Positions 49,000-61,876 of a stretch of 64,000 nucleotides of DNA are shown here, in pieces. Below the pieces are notes generated by a model. It was given only the letters and a program-made list of their open reading frames with translations, did not search any database and was not told where the DNA came from. The stretch's first letter is position 1. Each line of letters opens with the position of its first letter. The translations under genes and the position numbers were made by a program. The stretch is taken from NCBI RefSeq assembly GCF_006345805.1, contig NC_042997.1, forward strand, positions 168,206,001 through 168,270,000, given 5' to 3'. The stretch comes from Octopus sinensis. Its lineage: Eukaryota.

Positions 49000-49948
49000 C
49001 TAGCAGCATAGCCCGGCGTTGCCCGGGTATGTAAGAACCCCCAGTAGGCAACGACTAATCCCAATCTAGTCCTTTCCCTCTAGGGAACGAAGGCGCATGT
49101 GTAGGCTGCAATGTCTTCTCTTCACTCGAATACTTCTGTGTATACGATGTTCCTAGCTGTCCCTTTGGGCGAAAACATGAAAACATCATTGCGCCTCCCA
49201 ACGCGTGAACAGCCCACGTAGAGTTGACCGTGGGCGAAGCACTGTTCCCCCAACTGTAAACCAGCAACTTATGGCGTTTGGCCTTGGGATTTATTGATGG
49301 ACATTGCGAAGCAGAGTTTAACAGGAAACTGAGAACGCCTGAAGTGGATTGGTAGGTCAGCGCCCGACGGTTGAAGGTGCATGCGTGGAATGAAGACGTC
49401 CTCTCCCTTCCCACAACCGGTAAGTATTGTGGCCGTTATTAAATGTGGTGGCAAATGTTTCACAACCAGACGTGTGCCGTTGCACTGTTTAGGTGGAACC
49501 AAATTCCTGATGAGCATAATGGGCGCACCGACTTTTAACTTCAGGATGTGTGACGGCAGGCCTGGCGGTTCAAGTGAATTCAGGAATTCAACAGGATAAT
49601 CGGCAAGCTCGGCGGGGTCCGCTGTCTATCAATAGATTTGTAGACGTGGACATCACCAAGAATAGCTTCCAGCAGCTGGATATTGATGGAGTTGAGTTAA
49701 AAAGGTCGAGTCGCGTCCCCTAGACAGTCTGTGGTTTGTGTTTCTGATTCTCGACCCCATGTCGAATTTATCGATTTTTTTCAGAACTGGGGGAACTTTT
49801 CAAAATTTTCGCTGCGTTAGTTTTGAATTATGACATTGGGCTATGTGTGTGTCAAGTTTCATCAGAATCGGTTGAAAGCCGTGGTCAGGGTAAGGGTACA
49901 ACCTGACAGACACACAGACAGACAAACTGCCGTTTATATAGAGAGAGA
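49000..49948 (-). mobile_element. Internally deleted Helitron with both termini and a helicase remnant
   Basis: 5' TC at 49948 after A; 3' hairpin plus CTAG at 49000 before T. Encodes [33 protein letters not shown]...[19 protein letters not shown]. Confidence 0.9.
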
Positions 49949-50473
49949 TGAATAAAATATGAATCCATACTGGTGTTGGAACATCGATCACAAGACATTT
50001 AAGCCGCCTTATGTTTCCTCGTATTTTAAAGTTATAACCTTTATAATTGAAAATGATAAATACCATCATGTCATCTTTGGAGGATATTTTCAAGGCCGCT
50101 ATTCTAAGAAACAGTGCCGGTCTGGTGCGAGGTATTTGGATGATGTTTGACTAAAATACCAACAACCAGATTTTTATATCTATCTCATAATATTCTAAAA
50201 CGATATGGTAGATATAGCAGATCTAAAAAAAATGTAGATGAATTATCTGACTGGAAACTTATGATCACAGATGAAAGAAATAGATTCCCTACAGAAATAC
50301 CTTAGCTACAAGATTCTTGTGCCAGATGGTATGAAGTGTAATGTCAATGCTTTCGCATTAGTTCTATAAGCAGGCCAATAAGAGGAGATTAAGAGGAGAT
50401 TTCAGTCAAAGCCCGAAGAGTCAAAGAAGGACCAGTGACTATTTACTGGGCCCTTCCTTAAAAATAAATATAA

Positions 50474-51424
50474 GGATCTTTTCACTTTGACCGGCAGATT
50501 TTAAAAATAATTTCTATGTAACTAAAAAATTTTAAACCTCGTATACTGGTAGAATGTGTTTATAAAACATCTTTTTCTCTTGGCTTTCTTGAGAAAATTC
50601 TGTAGTTTGTAACATATTTGTTGTTTAATTTCTTGCATTTCGGCAATTTCAACCAATCAGTGACGTCTATTGAGGTAAAAACAATATCTGCCGTAACATT
50701 TTATGGCGGCGTCATATGAAAATGTCCCTGTTACATATATATTCGTTTAAGAAACAGATTGGGTTAATAAAATAAACAAACAAAATTCAGCATCCTTAAA
50801 TTTCCAGAGCCCCTTCCCTCCATACCGAGACTATTGTTCTTACGGAAGCTCTGTCCATACGATAAGAGACTATAGGTGTCATATAGTAGTCTTCACGCGA
50901 ACTGGCTCTGCAGAAATGTATTGATGGTCGGCATAGAAACAAAGTCAAAGTGTGTGAAATATCCTCTGTGTTTTCACAGACTAAGGTAAATACTTTTAGA
51001 GAGACAGATTGTCTCTTCGTTGTCATTTGTAACATTAGAGACACTTGCAAATAATTTGTAAGTTATTGTAATTGTAGAGAGGAAAGAGTTTACTTTGTAT
51101 AACTTTTTGATAATCTTCTTTTTATTTATTCACACTGTGTTGATGGCTCGAAGACACTTACTCTACAACGAAAAATGCACCGCCGATAGTTGTTGTTGAC
51201 AAACAACGGCAGTAATATTATTCATCTGAATACGTCATTGATTGGTTGAAATTATCAAAATACGAGAACTTTAACGTGAAATAACTTCCGAAATATAAGC
51301 TTTTCTCAAAAACGCCAGGAGAAAAAGATATTTTATATGACACATTCTACTAGTGTCCGAAGTTTGAAAGTGTTAAGTTACAAAAAATTATTTTTAAAAT
51401 CTGTCGGTCAAAAGGTAAAGATCC
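50474..51424. mobile_element. Non-autonomous DNA transposon with about 230-bp TIRs
   Basis: ggatcttttcactttgaccggcagattt... / ...aaatctgtcggtcaaaaggtaaagatcc. Superfamily not assigned. Confidence 0.7.
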
Positions 51425-51700
51425 CCCCACTTTAAATTCCAATCTGTGGGGGGGTAGTCCTGGAGCCTCCAATAAGTTGAGAAATTCTGTTGGATAATTT
51501 ACCACCTCTTCTGGATCTGGGATTGTATCAACTTACTTATTGATGTGAGGACTTCCAGGAAGGTACTGCAGCAGCTACTCGTTAATTTTACTTAAAGTGC
51601 TGCTTTTTAGAGTCTCTTTCATACAGCCAATTGAGATTGTAATAATTTTTTGACCAATGGATATAAGAAAGACAATCAATTTGTGAAAGTTACTTCGCAA
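51425..51700 (-). mobile_element. Helitron helicase fragment
   Basis: VDTIPDPEEVVNYPTEFLNLLEAPGLPPHRLEFKVG. Confidence 0.8.
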
Positions 51701-51965
51701 AAAGTTACCTCCCTTCTCCACGTAACCTAGGAAAGGGTATTTTCTGCTCTCAGAAGGCCCGTTACTTATTATGTGAAAACTTTTAAGAGTCTAAAACCAT
51801 CTCTGAAACATAAGTAATGTATGTTTCTAGTCTGGAGAAGATCAGTTGTGAACTTCAGAAGTTATGCGGGCTTATACACAACTTCATTTATATATATATA
51901 TAAAGAATAAAACGTTTTGAATGGTACAACAATGCACTACAATACAAACAATGGGCTATATACCT

Positions 51966-52201
51966 ATTTTTTTACTACCCACAAGGAGCTAAATACAGAG
52001 GGGACAAACAAGGACAGACAAACGGATTAAGCCGATTATATCGACCCCAGTGCGTAACTGGTACTTATTTAATCGACCCCGAAAGGATGAAAGGCAAAGT
52101 CGACCTCGGCGGAATTTGAACTCAGAACGTAGTGGCAGACGAAATACCACTAAGCATTTCGCCCGACGTGCTAACGATTCTGCCAGCTCACCGCCTTCAT
52201 T
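51966..52201 (-). mobile_element. Young Meta-like SINE, tail type A
   Basis: 14-bp TSD tgggctatatacct at 51952-51965 and 52202-52215. Confidence 0.9.
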
Positions 52202-52630
52202 TGGGCTATATACCTGTTGTAATTTAGTCATCCATAGTCTGATAATATTTCGGAATAAAATTCCTTCTTCAGATATTCTTAGATGGAGTCGCTGCTATAA
52301 TCGGTTTTCCAACGGCTTTTTTTTTTTTCGGAAGCGTCTCAGCAGTGGTCTGACGAAGCTCCTTCCGGAATTCCTCATGAGAAGTGCGTGGGGTCGGCCA
52401 TGTCTCAATCTCGTGTGTGTTGGTACATCTGTAGCGCTGCTTCTAAGTTATGTATTATACGTGCAGCTTCTTTTACCCCCCTTCTGTTTTTTTTTTTTTT
52501 GTTATAAACAATTTATGAGCATATTATCAAAAATGAACCTACACGCATCCAGATGTAGCTAAATAATATATTGATTACCAACCTCTAGCCTGTTGTTAAT
52601 TTGGGGCCCTAGCCTGTGTATTTCTAATGG

Positions 52631-52861
52631 TTTTCCAACTGTTTTTGACAAGGCATCCAGAATATCAGTGGGACCTCTTTTTATTCGCTTGGGCATCACA
52701 ATTTTCTGGGCATTACGTGACTTCTCCTTTGTTTGTGTTACCACCTGACAGCTGGAGATAACCATGACTGTTTGTTTTGATGATGAGAACATGATAAAAG
52801 TTTACTCAAAGATTTGAGACTTAGTATTGTAGACGAAATTGCAGGACACCAAGTTCGCCAT
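52631..52861 (-). pseudogene. PTCD3/mS39-like 5' fragment with an in-frame stop
   Basis: MANLVSCNFVYNTKSQIFE*TFIMFSSSKQ...KIVMPKRIKRGPTDILDALSKTVGK. The last 25 residues resemble the invertebrate PTCD3 motif IPxRIxRGPTDILxALxxTV (from memory). TAA at 52804-52802; similarity ends abruptly at 52631. Confidence 0.6.
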
Positions 52862-53115
52862 ACAGGGATCAAATCTATGTATATATAATATAATAAGATA
52901 AATTTTAATTTTCTTAGAAATTTTACATGTTTCGGTTCTTCTTGAAAAAACGAACCTTATCAAAAATATTTTAAAAAGTTAAGTGTAATAAAAGCTGCAC
53001 GTATAATACATAATTGTTTCTTACTAGTCTTAACAGAGTCCACGTGTTGGTTTTTTGTGAGGGGGAGCATAATAGTTGTCTTGTGTGTTGACTAGATTCG
53101 TTGGCTAAAGTTGGG

Positions 53116-53164
<49 letters not shown>

Positions 53165-54520
53165 GAACAACAAATCCACACGTTGGAAAAATTTAGAACA
53201 ACTATCACAGTTTAACCCTAGATCAACCTGACAGAACAGACCTAAGATCAAAAGTAATACAACTGAAGAAATCCCGTCTTTTTTCTGTGGGCAAGAAACC
53301 CAGGATCATATTCTCCAACGTGTTCCCCGCCCATCTTTTTTTTTCTTTAAAGCAGAATCTGTAGAAAATTTGACTTGTTTCTAACAGATTGAGCGACCAC
53401 ATTGAAGTTACCTCGATGGTTAAAGAATGGTCGAAGAGTCTAGTTCGGGACCATATTGTTTTAGAATGATTTAAAGGCGAATTCTGGTTTAAGCACCCTA
53501 TATAACCTGCCATAACCTTTTTTTTAATTTTTGGAATTTTCAGAAAGTTCCTGCACACGGGAAGTCATGCGATCATGAAAAAAAAAAAAATTTTTTTAAG
53601 TCTTTAATCCCCTTACCCCCATAAATCCTAAAAGTCCCCTTCTTTTTCGAATTTTTTTTTTAAACCAGAGATTACAATGGGGACAGTCCGAATTGTTTGC
53701 TTAAATCACAGCAATGGACAACCTTTGGGTACATCATCATTCCGTTAAATGTTTTTATGGGGAGAAAAATATTGAGAAACATCAATACACGTCAGAGTGG
53801 CAAAACAAAAAATAATAAAACCGAGGAAGATATCAGTGGTCGTGAGACGTGTTAAAACAAAGGCTAAATTGCTCTTAATCACTCACACGCGCGCGCGCAC
53901 ATACAAATTTCATAATCGAAAGAATTATCGCGTTTAGAATATAAATTTGCAAAATTTTTCTGAAAATTCCAAGACTTAAAAAATAATTGAGAGGAGTTAC
54001 AAAGGGTGCTTAAACCAGAATTCCGCCGGTACCAGAAACATTGATCGGATTGGGCATTTTGATAAATCAAAGTGATCGAAAAAGAAAAAAAAAAGCAAAC
54101 AAACTGGGTGTAAGGGGAAAAACTCAGTAAACGCGCGCCACTTTCATTTTGTCAAGCTACCTTGTATTTATTTGGTGGCCGTGGAAGATTTTAAAAAATT
54201 TTATTTTAGATACCACGTTGTGGTCAGCTTGTTTTTCTTAAGGGAATTTTGGCGGCGGGGTGATGGTGTGCAATTAAGAATAGCATTTTGTGTTGTTGGA
54301 TTTTGTTGATTTTAAAATTATTTTTGTATTGTTGGTGTTTTTGTGTTGCTGTTCATTTTCATGTTGTGTGTTAGATCGTTAAATATCTTTCGTTTATTAA
54401 GATAGAAGGCCGTGATTAAATGATGATTGAGCAATGGTTTCTAGCATGTCAAGTTACCGCATAAAGACTCCATTGTGAGGGCAACAAAAAAATAATTCTT
54501 CAACAAAAATAACAACATAC

Positions 54521-54558
<38 letters not shown>

Positions 54559-55492
54559 ACTGTACCCGCAAAATATTTTTTATAACAAATAAACTAGCGG
54601 CAAAACAATCTGAAATTTTTTCCGTGATAGGTAAACAAACAGATACCAATTACAGCTTGAGCAAGTGAACGGTACACATAATAAATAATACAGGGTGCCC
54701 CGAACATATCGTTACTTTAGCCACTTTTTAATCATGCTCACCAAAACGAAAAAAATAAATGTACTTTTTTAAAGGAAAAATACTGTTTCCGTGACTACAA
54801 GTATCTGCAATAATTTTATCTTAAACTTCAAATGCTGAAGTTTTAATATAATATGACTGTCCAGAGGTGGAATACTTTTCAATAGGTACATAGTTTACAT
54901 AGATACCGAATTTATCAACATGCTTATTAACTGTAACACGAAAATCATCTCCGATCGTATAATTTTAGTACCGTACGAAGCTGCTCATGTCCCAAAGTAA
55001 GTTCTGCTCAACCATACAAATCTATTTTTTAATTTTATTTAATGATTTTAAGTTTTGAAGTTAGCTCCTTATTTTGAAAAGAGCTACTTACCATGTCGAT
55101 CTTCATTTATTTTGATAAATCTACGACGTTTGTCGCTATGACAATAACTTGTTTCTTTTATCAGTAAAACTGATTTTAGGCTGAATCAATAGAGCATCGA
55201 ATAAATGCCTTGTATTCACGCTCCTTTACGTTCTGAGTTCGAATCCTGCTGAAGTTGACTCAGAATATTGACTTTTTGCGGTCCTAATTTCGGCTTAACT
55301 ACAGATTTCTGCCCTACCGACTTTGGATGATCATAACTCAGAAAAATGGATATTTTTTAATGAAAAATGTTCTACGATTATGTGTTATATCATGTAGATT
55401 CAGAATTTTAAAAACTTTTGGGGAGAAAGTGTTTTAGGAGGGGGTGGATGGGGAATTTCGGAAAATTCACCGGCGTCCACTTCAAGTCGTCT

Positions 55493-55976
55493 TAACTTTC
55501 AAGAAAATGGATATTTTTTAATGAAATTCTCTACAAATGTACCTTGGACTATGTAGATTCCAAGAACACAGGAATTTTGGAGGAAAACAATTAGGGGTTA
55601 TTTTTGAGGACCGTTCCCCACCCGAGATGTTTCCGAACAAGTCGTCCATATTTGTTTCATTTTCTCCGTTTTGTGCGTTTGTGCATCCGTAGATTTCTAC
55701 TGTTATTTTTAGCATGAGTTTTCTGGTGAGGGCTTCATTTGCTTTCATGGCCCGTTTGTTGCTTCAGTAGAAATCTACGGATGCACAAACGCACAAAACA
55801 GAGAAAATGAAACGTATGGACGACATGTTCTGAAACACCCTCGATTGGGGAACGGTTCTCAAAAATAACCTCCAGTTGTTCCTCCCCATCAAATTTCCTA
55901 TCTTCTCGGAATCTACATAGTCTGAGGTATATTTGTAGAGGATTTCGTTAAAAAAATATTCATTTCTTGAAAGTTA
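55493..55976. mobile_element. Fold-back MITE (about 210-bp arms, 62-bp spacer)
   Basis: Arms 55493-55702 and 55765-55976; the inner 45 bp are nearly perfect. Confidence 0.75.
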
Positions 55977-56579
55977 GAAATTAATATTTGGTAATGGCTA
56001 ATGCAGTTTGACAAGGCATGAAGGACCCACAATCTCGCTTGTTCATTTCAAATTCGTATCCATGCTTTAGGTATGGTTTACAATTGGCTTTGCAAAGTTG
56101 TTTTGATCTCCATCTGAAGTAGCTAATGATTTTCAGAAAAGCATGAACACCAACAACTGTGTCTCTTTTAAAGTATAAACCTCTTGTGCCTTGTCAGGAA
56201 AGAGAGAGAGAGAGAGATTATGGAAGTGTTGTGATCTTAAAAATCTCATTTCAGTATTCTTCACATGAACCCCATTTCCTTCAGAGAATGCTTATATATT
56301 GAATGTTGTGCCCCCAAACTAAAGGCTTACAGAATGAGGTCCCTATTTTAAAGGTGGGGTTTGCTGAAAAAAGATTATGCTTCTATATTGACCTGGACAA
56401 GCAGCAACACATCATTGCTCATTGTCTCAAAATATATTGAATTTTGTGTTACACTCAGTACAGATTTTGTTATGAGCTTATTGCAAGGCTTTTAATGTGA
56501 TTCCTTTCAGTTTATCATTCTAACAAATAACTGTTAATAAGTTGGTGTTAAGAAAGAACACTCCCAAAGAACTAAAATA

Positions 56580-57150
56580 ATAATAATGAAATTATTGTAT
56601 ACAGTGCTCAGGTGCACCACTGCTTGTCAAAAAGTGTGTATAAAGTATATGCAGTAATGTACAAATGTCTGGAAAGCGAACTGTGTATGAGTCAGATACA
56701 TGCTTGCGTGTGTATGGAGGGGAGAAAATCAGGTGTAGTGTTGGCGAATCTCAGGAAGCATGGAAGTTTTGAAGGATGCAGTGCTCCGACAACTAACAAC
56801 TGATGCCGGCAGTCTGTTCCATGCTTCAGCAACTCTTAGCGTGAAAAAATGTTTCTGAAAGTCATGGGAGCTGTGCTGTTTTCTGACTTTATAAACATGT
56901 ACATGGGTGTTAGACAGGTAGAGTTTGAAAAGGTGCTCAGAGTTATTGTTTGTAAGATGATTAATAATTTTATGGGTGTCTGCCAAGTCAGCTGCCAGAC
57001 GTCGGAGTTTCAATGTGTCCATGCCCAGATGATTAATATCCAGACGATTAATATCCTGGGCAAGATAGGGGTTCCAGACCGGTGATGCAAATTCCAGGTG
57101 AGGTCGTACCATAGCTTTGGAAAACAAGAGTATCATCCATTTGATATACA
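56580..57150 (-). mobile_element. CR1-type LINE 3' fragment
   Basis: ORF 56729-57151: KAMVRPHLEFASPVWNPY...RVAEAWNRLP. Has an internal deletion relative to the 1.5-kb copy. Confidence 0.85.
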
Positions 57151-58405
57151 AAACTTAATGAGCACTGTTTCACCATCATTATTATCGCCATCATTTTATG
57201 TCTACTTTCCATGCTGGCATGAAATTGGATGGATCATCACAGTTGAGTCTGTTGGAAATTACTGTCCTGTTAGAAGGTTGGAGGACTGCCTTGCTTATAT
57301 GTTTCATTTTCAGTTTAGTTTCTATGGCTGGATGCTCTTCCTATCACCAACCACTTTACAGAATGTACTAGTATTTTATTGTGCTACCAGCACTATGGAG
57401 TTGCTTTGTACTCCATAAGATTTAAAGAGTCCTCTCTACTTTATGATGTGTTCATTCACTCAAGGCAACATGACTGAAAGGTAAATAGATGAATTAAAAT
57501 GGTTGGGTGAAGGAAACCAAAGAATGTAAAAACAAATTGATGGGATGACAGGGTAGTAGATGGGATGAGAAAGTTATGGGTAGTAATAGATGTGGACAAT
57601 CTATTGTTTCTAAAAACAAAATATTTTGAGTTATTACTTTGGAAAAATATCTGTTACATTGTTTATGTTTTCCTTTTCCATTTTTTCTTCCTTTTTTTTG
57701 TTGACATTTTGAAATGTTAAACTTGAAACATTTGAAATTATATCAGATATAAAAAAAGAGTAGAATTTGGTCTGAAATAGATTTCTCATCTAAAATTTTG
57801 CAACATGATGTACTTTAAATATTCTTTCCCTCTCTGAGAATCCAGTCAATGTGTCAACATATGACGCGAGTTCAATTCCTATAGGGCTCTCAATTTTTAT
57901 TCACTTTCACATTTGCTTTGTGTATCTGTACAACACCAGTTACAAACCAATCTTAATTTATTCATCATTAAATGAAACAGTGTAGCTTCAACAACCTACA
58001 GTCATCACCCTAACAAACATTAACATCAGATAAATAAAATACTAGCCATATCCTTAAGAAACAACACAAAATGCTACCTAGCAAACAATCTGTGGTAATC
58101 TAACACATGTATATAATAACATCTAGAAACTATATTTTCTTCAACTCTTTACCAAAAAGATATGTTCTCTTACCCATTCATTTTAACTTATAGTTACTTG
58201 TTTGTGTTTGCCCAACACCTCAGCAAAACAAACACACAGCCTTATATACAGGCTGTGTGCTTTATATTCCACAGACAGGATATGCGACTATTCTAAATCC
58301 ATACCAACCATCCACAGACCTGGCTCTATACAAATGAAGTAGCTTTTCCAAACTTTATCTCCCTTTTTAGCAGCAACACAGGAGAACTTCAGATATAACC
58401 TGTCA

Positions 58406-58622
58406 GAAACGTTAGCACGCTGGGTGAAATGCTTAGCGGTACTTCGTCTCTCTTTACGTTCTGAGTTCAAATTCCGCCGAGGTAAACTTTGCCTTTCATC
58501 CTTTCGGGGTCGATAAATTAAGTATCAGTTTACGCACTGGGGTCGATGTAATCAACTTAATCCTTTTGTCTGTCCTTGTTTGTCCCTTCTATGTTTAGTC
58601 CATTGTGGGCAATAAAGAAATA
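58406..58622 (+). mobile_element. 5'-truncated Meta-like SINE, tail type A
   Basis: 15-bp TSD agatataacctgtca at 58391-58405 and 58623-58637. Confidence 0.9.
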
Positions 58623-59147
58623 AGATATAACCTGTCACCCACACACATTCACACACCCATCGAGAAAACAAAATTGTTAAGAATTTTGTATGACCCTAAC
58701 CCTAAAACAAAAGCAAAAAAACAAAAAGCATGCAATGCACAAACATAACTAGAACACTCGCAGGTATCACATTCAACCATAATAATGAAACAATAACATT
58801 GTGAATACATTATGGACTATGTGACTTCTGCTTGGGTTCCAACGTGTCCTTAACAAATTGTAAATAACACAAAACAAGATCCTTCATGTTATCACAGTCT
58901 GCACAATGATCACACCCAAAATACTCAAAATGAATGACAACTTGGATATATGAAAGGTAGAGTTTGGCTGACTTAATTCACATATCTCTCAATCCTTTCA
59001 ACTACATGTGTAATTATCCATAAACAGGGTGGTTTTTTTCGGGTGGAGAACGGGCGGAAGTCTTGCCGTGGTTTTTTTTTTTTTTTTTTTGCAGAATCAG
59101 AATCTCCTTACTCGAAAATAGGGGGTTCTATAATAAAAAAAAAAGAT

Positions 59148-59332
59148 GGATCTTTTCGCTTTGACCGGCAGATTTTTAAAATAATTTCTTTGTAACTAAA
59201 CACTTTTAAACTTCGTATACTGGTAGAATGTGTTTATAAAACATCTTTTTCTCTTGGCTTTCTTGAGAAAATTCTGGGATCTTTTCGCTTTGACCGGCAA
59301 ATTTTAAAAATAATTTCTTTGTGAAAAGATCC
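59148..59332. mobile_element. Miniature derivative of the 50474-51424 family
   Basis: Two tandem left ends (ggatcttttcgctttgaccggc) followed by a short right terminus gaaaagatcc. Confidence 0.65.
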
Positions 59333-60219
59333 AAAAAAAAAGTGGAGTGCGGTTCACATTTTTTACGTCCGCCGACAAAAGCTGAATAGAAACTCATCTC
59401 TCTCTCTCTCTTTCTATCTCTCTCCTTCTTTCTCTCTCTTTTCTCTCTATGCGTTTGTGTGTGTGTCACTTTGTTGATGTTAGTTGGCGAAGGATATAAA
59501 TAACTAAGAAAATCGACTACCAAATGTTTTCCGAAGTTCCTTTTTTATATTTATTTTGTACTATTACAAAGACGCTCTTGTTTTTCTCACTGTCAGAAAT
59601 ATAATGAACCAGTAATTAACCTGCTGTAAATCTGTAACCAACGACGTTACTGTTCACTAATCACAATACAGCGCCTCAAAATTCTAATGAAAAAGAAATA
59701 AATGTCTAATTAGTACACGTAGCTATTTAAGAAAAAAATAAATAATGTAATTTGCATGACGGATTAACACTAGAGTTATGTCCCTTGCACCAGTTCTTAA
59801 ATAAGAATATTCTGGACAGTGATTTCGAAGTTTCGATCACTTAAGCCATCGTCGGACTGTTCACAGTGATTGTCAATAATATTCTTGTTTAAGAATAATA
59901 AATTTGTACTCTATCGAAATATAGAGTAACCCAGCAGATTAACGTAAAATTGTTTTCATTATAACTGCACATAAAAAAAAATATTAACATAATATAAATA
60001 TGTGTGTGTGTATTACTTGTTTTAGCTATTGGATTGCGGACATGCTGGAGCACCACCCAGGAATTTTTAAACCAATGAATTGACCCCAGTACATTTTTTA
60101 AAGCCTAGTACTTACCCTATTAGACTATTTTGCCGAAGTGCTAAGTTAGGAGAACGTAAACACACCAATACCCACACACACACGTGCATTCACATCTCTC
60201 TGTCTCTCCTCCCTCTCTC

Positions 60220-60279
<60 letters not shown>

Positions 60280-60701
60280 ATATCATCAACCATCATCATT
60301 TAACGTCTGCTTTCCATGCTGGCATGGATTGGACGGTATGATAGGAGCTGGTAAGCTCCAGAGCTTTCTTTCTACTTTGTTACCCAAGTGAAATTCCTTA
60401 CACACACGCACGCAGCGTGAGAAATATACAGAGAAAGAGTAAGCGACAGTATACTGAATTTAAAGTGGGGAAGTTCACAACGAGAAAAGCATTAAAGACA
60501 GTGAGAGAGAGACAGATAGTGAAAGGCACATAGTCAGGTGCATGACTGACTTGTCTTGCATGTCATATCAAGAGAGCAGGAAGCAACATGCATGAGAGAT
60601 ATACCTGTACAGAGTGTGAGAGAGAGTGTGGTGAATATATATATAGAGAGGGGAAAGCGTAAAAGTCAGATAGAGAGAGGTAGATAGACAGTTATAAGAT
60701 A

Positions 60702-61096
60702 CTAGCAGTATCGCCCGGCGTTGCTCGGATTGTAAGGGAAATAACTATATAAACATTTTTAGAGAGTTATAGCCCAAAAATAGCAAAAAAATGCATTAAA
60801 AATTGAAAAAAAATTAAGGTAAATTTTTTTTTTAATCGTTGACACATCGTAGATATTTTTAGAGAGTTACTTCCCTTATATAAAAGCGAAAAAAATGCAT
60901 TAAAATGGAAAAATATGATGGTCAATTTTTTTAAAATCGTAGACTCATCGTAGACGCGCGCTAATACCCAGAAGGGCTCGATATGAATCACGACTATAAG
61001 ATCCCCGCTTTTGGTTAAACTGCACCGCAAAATGTGGGAGTAGTTACGAATCTAAATCGTAGGAGACAGACACACAACTTCACTCTTATATAAAGA
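60702..61096 (-). mobile_element. Non-autonomous Helitron
   Basis: A|TC 5' end at 61096; subterminal hairpin cccggcgttgctcgg and CTAG|T 3' end at 60702. Confidence 0.8.
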
Positions 61097-61689
61097 TGCT
61101 TTTTTTTTTCAGTCATAGAGTTAGATTTATGAAGGTCTTCAGTAGAAAATCCTTCGAATTCTGACTCACTGCTTGATATAATGAAATTTGTATCCATTTT
61201 TTGTCAGAATTACAAATTTTGAAAACACAATAGGAACAAATTTCGGAAAAAAATCTCCCATAATTCACGGAATTAAAATTACACTTCGATTTTTGTACAA
61301 AACTGTATTTGAAGTGTTTACGAAGTATAATACGTGTTTTCACGAATGTACTAAAGAGATTTACTCTGATATTCTCATTTAAATATGAATAGGTAAATTC
61401 GGGCAGTTTGGTAACGAAAGGGTTTATATAAGTGTCGTCTGTTTATACATAAACACTGTTTCATACTTTCAGTTTAGTCTTCCTCAAATCACTTTGTCGC
61501 TATTTACTCTCTTCCAAGAACATTTTCACTCACTCTTATCTCTTAGCTTGCCATACATTTTACTCATGTATCTATCAGCGTGATAGACAGAAAAAAATAT
61601 TACATCTAGTTTCACTTTATTCGTTGCACACTGTGTGTGTGCGTTTGCGTGTGCTGTAAACCAGACTAAGAAAAGCATTTGACATACAC

Positions 61690-61876
61690 ACCAGAATGTG
61701 AGTTTTCTGTAAATTTTGCTTAATTGGAGTTTAAATTTTAAAAACTGGACCTGGCAAAACCCGATGCATTCTACTCTTAAAAATGCTAGGTAAATTGTAA
61801 TTGAAGAAATCCTATATTGTAGATTTCTATAACTGACAAAGGGAGGCAGATAAAATCTGCCTTTTATAATAAGAGA
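61690..61876 (-). mobile_element. 5' segment of a further Helitron-like element
   Basis: Starts TCTCTTATTATAAAAGGCAG, similar to the 5' end TCTCTCTCTATATAAACGGCAG at 49948. Left boundary uncertain. Confidence 0.45.

Noticed and set aside
54420-54485. C/D box snoRNA (ATGATGA)
   Set aside because: No terminal CTGA D box and no terminal stem.
61097-61275. pogo-like C-terminus (SESEFEGF) and terminal repeat
   Set aside because: Too short and degenerate to assign with confidence.
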